64,000 nucleotides of DNA from the human T2T-CHM13v2.0 reference genome, Homo sapiens. Below are positions 61,701 through 64,000 of the stretch, one piece after another. Position 1 is the first letter of the stretch. Each line of letters opens with the position of its first letter. The DNA lies in assembly GCF_009914755.1 (NCBI RefSeq), contig NC_060935.1; one strand, 5' to 3'. Both the position numbers and the translations under genes were made by a program. Under the pieces are notes generated by a model. That model saw only the letters and a list, made by a program, of their open reading frames with translations. It searched no databases and had not been told where the DNA came from.

Positions 61701-63840
61701 ACCCACCCACTCATCCATCCATCCATCCACCATCCACCTACCCAACCATCCACCCATCCATCCACCATCCATCTACCATCCACCATCCACCCAACCATCC
61801 ACCATCCATCCATCCACCCATCATCCATCTACCATCCACCCACCCACCTATCCATCCATCCATCCACCATCTGTCTACCATCCACCCACCCACTCATCCA
61901 TCCATCCATCCACCATCTGTCTACCATCCACCCACCCACCTATCCATCCACCCATCCATCCATCCATCCATCCATCCATCCATCCATCCACCCACCATCT
62001 GTCTACCATCCACCCACCCACCTATCCACCCATCCACCCACCCATCCATCCACCCAACCATCCACCATCCATCCATCCATCCATCCATCCACCATCCATC
62101 TACCATCCACCCTCCCATCCATCCACGCATCCACCCATCCATCCATCCATCCATCCACCATCCACCCACCATCCACCCATTTATCCATCCATTCTCCCTC
62201 CCTCCATTCACCACCCATTGGTCATATGATACTCTGTCTAGAAGCTCTGACATGACATCTTGGCCACCTCTGTGCTGCCCATGCCTCCTACCTGTGGTAG
62301 CAGCCATGTGGATGATTCCTTAGCTAAATTCTGTACAAACCTGAGAGGCCTGAGTGGAGAATTTGCCACGTGCCAAGCCCCTGCTTGTCGATGCTGGTGA
62401 GCAGGTAATGGCTTTGTGATATCAGTGAATGAGCAGCTACTGTCCTATCCCAGAACCTGCCTGGTGTGCTCAGAAGTGAGGAGGGACATGGTTTTCCCCC
62501 AGGATCCCTCAGCACTCTGCTCAGGGTGGCTGTTTCTCCCCGCTGACCACAGCTGCAGCTCCGGGGCTGTGGTGAGGTGGGGCCTGCCTGGTGCCACCTG
62601 TCCTCTCTACTCACCCTTCTTTCCCTGCAGTTTGGGGAGCACTTCGAGTTCGACTGCAAGAACTGTGTCTGCCTGGAGGGTGGAAGTGGCATCATCTGCC
62701 AACCCAAGAGGTGCAGCCAGAAGCCCGTTACCCACTGCGTGGAAGACGGCACCTACCTCGCCACGGAGGTCAACCCTGCCGACACCTGCTGCAACATTAC
62801 CGTCTGCAGTAAGGCCATCCCCTGGGGCCCATGCCACCTCTCAGGGGTGCACACATCCCTGTAGGCTGGGCTGCCTGCTGTCCCCTCCTTGGCAAGTGAG
62901 GAAACAGCTGGCTTGGGGGCCTCTGCTGTGCCCCTTGAGAGGGCTTGGGAGGGGGCCGCTGGGCCCAGTCTAGGCATCCCTGCTGCAGGGCCTGACCTGG
63001 GTGGGGAGGGGACCCTTGGAGGTGCTGGAGGCCCGACCCTGTGCAGTGGCCCCGGGGGCTTTGCCTGGGAGGAGCCACCCTCACGGCCGCGTGCGCACCC
63101 TGTCTTCAGAGTGCAACACCAGCCTGTGCAGTGGCCCCGGGGGCTTGGCCTGGGAGGAGCCACCCTCACGGCCGCGTGCACACCCTGTCTTCAGAGTGCA
63201 ACACCAGCCTGTGCAAAGAGAAGCCCTCCGTGTGCCCGCTGGGATTCGAAGTGAAGAGCAAGATGGTGCCTGGAAGGTGCTGTCCTTTCTACTGGTGTGG
63301 TAAGCAGGGCTGGTGGGCAGGGCAGGGAGGAGGCTGCCGCCCGGGGTGGGGTGGCTGTAAGGGGGTTGGCTCCCTCCTGGGGGTCTCAGATTCTGGGGAC
63401 ACAGATGGCTGTACGCTTGGCTGATGCACCCACCCCAGCCCTGAGCGCTCGCTCCATCCACTGGGTGTGCACCGGGAGTGGGGGTCTGGCCAGGTGGCCG
63501 CCCCGGGGCAGTCTCCAACGAACGGCCTTCTCCGTTCTTTCTCCCAAGAGTCCAAGGGGGTGTGTGTTCACGGGAATGCTGAGTACCAGGTGAGCCCTGG
63601 GCTGGGTGAGAGGGAGGAGGGGAGGAGGTCGGCTGCAGCGTGGGGGTCCTGGCAGGCTGTTGGGCTGGCTGGGATGCTGGAGAGGCCCCTGCCTCATGTC
63701 TCTCCCTGTGCCCGAAGCCCGGTTCTTCAGTTTATTCCTCCAAGTGCCAGGACTGCGTGTGCACGGACAAGGTGGACAACAACACCCTGCTCAACGTCAT
63801 CGCCTGCACCCACGTGCCCTGCAACACCTCCTGCAGCCCT
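28702..63840 (+). CDS. MUC2: Mucin-2 (secreted gel-forming intestinal mucin), multi-exon CDS, exons 1-44, 3'-incomplete in window
   Basis: N-terminus [29 protein letters not shown]8/TIL domains, two CysD domains, 23-aa [23 protein letters not shown] repeats and GDPH in D4. 44 exons joined by hand give 14,910 nt with consistent phases. Confidence 0.98.
29451..29721 (+). CDS. MUC2: MUC2 exon 2 (VWD1)
   Basis: ccctcag|AG..GT|gtgagt; [24 protein letters not shown]. Confidence 0.95.
30222..30862 (+). repeat. Intron 2 G-rich minisatellite (about 35-40 bp units)
   Basis: Tandem gggcatgggcgggcgggtgggtagaggccctcaggc variants. Confidence 0.93.
31398..31512 (+). CDS. MUC2: MUC2 exon 3 (VWD1)
   Basis: ccgccag|G..ATG|gtgctc (weak donor); [38 protein letters not shown]. 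Confidence 0.9.
31896..31986 (+). CDS. MUC2: MUC2 exon 4 (VWD1, CGLC motif)
   Basis: caacag|CTG..G|gtgagg; [20 protein letters not shown]. Confidence 0.95.
32067..32176 (+). CDS. MUC2: MUC2 exon 5
   Basis: ccccag|GC..CAC|gtgagt; [24 protein letters not shown]. Confidence 0.94.
32256..32466 (+). CDS. MUC2: MUC2 exon 6 (C8-1)
   Basis: ccccag|CGC..C|gtaagc; [35 protein letters not shown]. Confidence 0.95.
32551..34140 (+). repeat. Intron 6 minisatellite (30-34 bp units, about 48 copies)
   Basis: Tandem caccgtgccgggcaccgggagctggggggacact variants. Confidence 0.96.
34228..34353 (+). CDS. MUC2: MUC2 exon 7 (TIL-1)
   Basis: ttccag|CC..G|gtgcgt; [21 protein letters not shown]. Confidence 0.94.
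34851..34968 (+). CDS. MUC2: MUC2 exon 8
   Basis: tcccag|GC..TG|gtgagt; [19 protein letters not shown]. Confidence 0.94.
35047..35185 (+). CDS. MUC2: MUC2 exon 9 (start of VWD2)
   Basis: caacag|T..AAG|gtaggc; [33 protein letters not shown]. Confidence 0.95.
35444..35554 (+). CDS. MUC2: MUC2 exon 10 (VWD2)
   Basis: tcacag|GGT..AAT|gtgagt; [26 protein letters not shown]. Confidence 0.94.
35643..35712 (+). CDS. MUC2: MUC2 exon 11 (VWD2)
   Basis: ctgcag|GTG..G|gtgagt; [23 protein letters not shown]. Confidence 0.94.
35991..36128 (+). CDS. MUC2: MUC2 exon 12 (VWD2)
   Basis: ccacag|CG..G|gtaagt; [25 protein letters not shown]. Confidence 0.94.
36219..36383 (+). CDS. MUC2: MUC2 exon 13 (VWD2)
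   Basis: cctcag|GC..G|gtgagg; [18 protein letters not shown]. Confidence 0.95.
36857..36951 (+). CDS. MUC2: MUC2 exon 14 (C8-2)
   Basis: ccccag|CC..AAG|gtgggt; [31 protein letters not shown]. Confidence 0.94.
37158..37284 (+). CDS. MUC2: MUC2 exon 15 (C8-2)
   Basis: gcccag|AGG..A|gtgagt; [27 protein letters not shown]. Confidence 0.94.
37634..37889 (+). CDS. MUC2: MUC2 exon 16 (TIL-2)
   Basis: ctgcag|AC..TG|gtgggt; [23 protein letters not shown]. Confidence 0.94.
38120..38172 (+). CDS. MUC2: MUC2 exon 17
   Basis: ccacag|T..A|gtaagt; [17 protein letters not shown]. Confidence 0.93.
38311..38411 (+). CDS. MUC2: MUC2 exon 18 (D')
   Basis: ccacag|GC..TAT|gtgcgt; [33 protein letters not shown]. 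Confidence 0.93.
38812..38963 (+). CDS. MUC2: MUC2 exon 19 (D')
   Basis: ccccag|TAC..TG|gtaagc; [24 protein letters not shown]. Confidence 0.94.
39301..39439 (+). CDS. MUC2: MUC2 exon 20 (start of VWD3)
   Basis: cctcag|C..CAG|gtgtgg; [33 protein letters not shown]. Confidence 0.95.
39647..40015 (+). repeat. Intron 20 pyrimidine-rich minisatellite (12/16 bp units)
   Basis: gtcctcctctgg / gtcctccctcctctgg tandem. Confidence 0.92.
40314..40424 (+). CDS. MUC2: MUC2 exon 21 (VWD3)
   Basis: ccccag|GAC..GGG|gtgagt; [30 protein letters not shown]. Confidence 0.94.
40506..40685 (+). CDS. MUC2: MUC2 exon 22 (VWD3)
   Basis: gggcag|AGG..AAG|gtgggc; [33 protein letters not shown]. Confidence 0.94.
40817..41056 (+). 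CDS. MUC2: MUC2 exon 23 (VWD3, CGLC motif)
   Basis: ttgcag|GGC..AAG|gtgggc; [18 protein letters not shown]. Confidence 0.95.
41069..41420 (+). repeat. Intron 23 minisatellite (about 60 bp x 5-6)
   Basis: gcagagcagggctgtaggtgggctatagctgtgggcggggccatgggcggggccgactaa. Confidence 0.92.
42015..42171 (+). CDS. MUC2: MUC2 exon 24 (C8-3)
   Basis: ccccag|GTG..C|gtaaga; [27 protein letters not shown]. Confidence 0.95.
42448..42579 (+). CDS. MUC2: MUC2 exon 25 (TIL-3)
   Basis: cccaag|CC..G|gtgagc (AAG acceptor); [20 protein letters not shown]. Confidence 0.93.
43270..43417 (+). CDS. MUC2: MUC2 exon 26
   Basis: caccag|GC..TG|gtacct; [20 protein letters not shown]. Confidence 0.94.
43455..44635 (+). 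repeat. Intron 26 degenerate (CA)-rich low-complexity repeat
   Basis: cacacagtcacacatgcatggacaca-type units over about 1.2 kb. Confidence 0.93.
44907..44950 (+). CDS. MUC2: MUC2 exon 27 (44 nt)
   Basis: ttgcag|C..G|gtaagc; [14 protein letters not shown]. Confidence 0.92.
45352..45555 (+). CDS. MUC2: MUC2 exon 28 (end of D3 region plus short Thr-rich segment)
   Basis: ccccag|GA..G|gtaagg; [34 protein letters not shown]. Confidence 0.94.
46042..46059 (+). CDS. MUC2: MUC2 exon 29 (18-nt micro-exon, VLSTTPK)
   Basis: Strong acceptor ctcttttcttcctgctttattgcag| and consensus donor |gtaagt; phase 1-1; matches my recollection of the MUC2 protein (..SSTVLSTTPKLCCLW..). Confidence 0.88.
46650..55574 (+). 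CDS. MUC2: MUC2 exon 30 (8,925 nt: CysD1, PTS1, CysD2, PTS2 VNTR, PTS tail)
   Basis: ccctag|AG CTG TGC TGC..CCA G|gtaagc; lies within ORF 46514-55783; CysD motifs WSDW and WTGW (WxxW). Confidence 0.96.
46937..48094 (+). repeat. MUC2: PTS1 coding imperfect tandem repeat (PSPPTTT-type units)
   Basis: Irregular cccagccctccaacaaccacc units between CysD1 and CysD2. Confidence 0.95.
48430..55310 (+). repeat. MUC2: PTS2 coding VNTR, about 100 units of 69 bp (23 aa)
   Basis: About 6,880 bp / 69; consensus unit gtgaccccaaccccaacacccaccggcacacagaccccaaccacgacacccatcaccaccaccactacg. Confidence 0.96.
55716..55858 (+). repeat. Intron 30 two-copy tandem duplication (about 75 bp)
   Basis: ctgacac(t/c)ggccagtgctgggcagtg..gcccata..gac(a/g)gccttct twice. 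Confidence 0.75.
56306..56503 (+). CDS. MUC2: MUC2 exon 31
   Basis: tcacag|GC..G|gtactc; [24 protein letters not shown]. Confidence 0.93.
56772..56995 (+). CDS. MUC2: MUC2 exon 32
   Basis: tcgcag|GT..CAG|gtcagt; [31 protein letters not shown]. Confidence 0.94.
57305..57479 (+). CDS. MUC2: MUC2 exon 33
   Basis: ccccag|GAG..T|gtgagt; [25 protein letters not shown]. Confidence 0.94.
57966..58213 (+). CDS. MUC2: MUC2 exon 34 (VWD4; GDPH autocatalytic cleavage motif at 57983-57994)
   Basis: ttgcag|GC..CAG|gtaggc; [15 protein letters not shown]. Confidence 0.95.
58823..59006 (+). CDS. MUC2: MUC2 exon 35 (VWD4)
   Basis: ccacag|GTG..G|gtgagt; [23 protein letters not shown]. Confidence 0.93.
59330..59558 (+). 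CDS. MUC2: MUC2 exon 36
   Basis: atacag|GC..AG|gtgacc; [24 protein letters not shown]. Confidence 0.94.
60282..60460 (+). CDS. MUC2: MUC2 exon 37 (C8-4)
   Basis: gcgcag|C..T|gtaagt; [23 protein letters not shown]. Confidence 0.94.
60852..60921 (+). CDS. MUC2: MUC2 exon 38 (TIL-4)
   Basis: cctcag|TG..AG|gtatgt; [22 protein letters not shown]. Confidence 0.93.
61060..61160 (+). CDS. MUC2: MUC2 exon 39
   Basis: ccccag|C..G|gtacgc; [18 protein letters not shown]. Confidence 0.92.
61207..61387 (+). repeat. Intron 39 two-copy tandem duplication (91/90 bp)
   Basis: ctcctgggtgtcca..cacaaggactctgctaacacaacttgt twice. Confidence 0.9.
61405..61436 (+). CDS. MUC2: MUC2 exon 40 (32 nt)
   Basis: tcctag|GC..GAG|gtaggc; [10 protein letters not shown]. 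Confidence 0.92.
61575..62218 (+). repeat. Intron 40 (CCAT/CCAC)n simple repeat
   Basis: Degenerate ccatccatccacc array. Confidence 0.93.
62631..62808 (+). CDS. MUC2: MUC2 exon 41 (VWC-type)
   Basis: ctgcag|TTT..A|gtaagg; [25 protein letters not shown]. Confidence 0.94.
63038..63215 (+). repeat. 85-bp tandem duplication spanning the intron 41/exon 42 junction
   Basis: Copies start at 63038 and 63123, 2 mismatches; 8-bp microhomology cctgtgca at 63038, 63123 and 63208. Confidence 0.95.
63195..63299 (+). CDS. MUC2: MUC2 exon 42 (in-frame, downstream copy of duplicated acceptor)
   Basis: cttcag|AG TGC..G|gtaagc; [26 protein letters not shown]. Confidence 0.92.
63549..63589 (+). CDS. MUC2: MUC2 exon 43
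   Basis: cccaag|AG..CAG|gtgagc; [13 protein letters not shown]. Confidence 0.91.
63718..63840 (+). CDS. MUC2: MUC2 exon 44 (VWC-type)
   Basis: cccgaag|CCC..CCT|gtaagc; [29 protein letters not shown]. Confidence 0.88.
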
Positions 63841-64000
63841 GTAAGCGGCCACCCTCCTCCTTCAGCCTGCCCTTTTCCCTCCTCCCAGACAAGCACCCGG
63901 GCCCATGTCTGCATCGTGACCCTTTCTTTCCTCCTTTCAACGCCAACCTGTCCCTGTCCCCACCTCTCCATCCTGACACCTGCCCAGCCTGGGGCCTCCT

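Overview
Human (primate) genomic DNA that I recognise as the MUC2 locus in the 11p15.5 gel-forming mucin cluster. Bases ~1-28,600 are upstream intergenic DNA. It contains many Alus, old L1 fragments, a MaLR LTR, MER2, an ERVL gag remnant and simple repeats, plus a GC-rich, transposon-poor block at 3.2-8.8 kb with exon-like structure. The MUC2 promoter (TATA at 28646) is followed by the ATG at 28702 and 44 consecutive + strand coding exons, which I traced by hand. All junctions are GT-AG and phase-consistent, totalling 14,910 nt or 4,970 codons. They encode the signal peptide, D1-D2-D'-D3 assemblies, CysD1, PTS1, CysD2, a resolved PTS2 VNTR of about 100 x 69 bp inside an 8,925-nt exon 30, D4 with the GDPH site, and VWC domains. 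The final exons (cystine knot, 3'UTR) lie beyond the window. No new multi-gene system is demonstrable. The most interesting observations are: (1) an 85-bp tandem duplication of the exon 42 splice acceptor that could yield a truncated or micro-exon isoform; (2) a ~2,300-codon His-rich frame open across the whole VNTR and reachable by a 1-nt insertion, as in MUC1-fs; (3) a possible decayed multi-exon gene upstream; (4) an intron 6 minisatellite complementary to 5' splice sites; (5) two orphan TSD-flanked polyadenylated retro-inserts inside one old L1. Most ORFs in the supplied track are artefacts of GC-rich or repetitive DNA. Repeat family names and boundaries are by eye and approximate.
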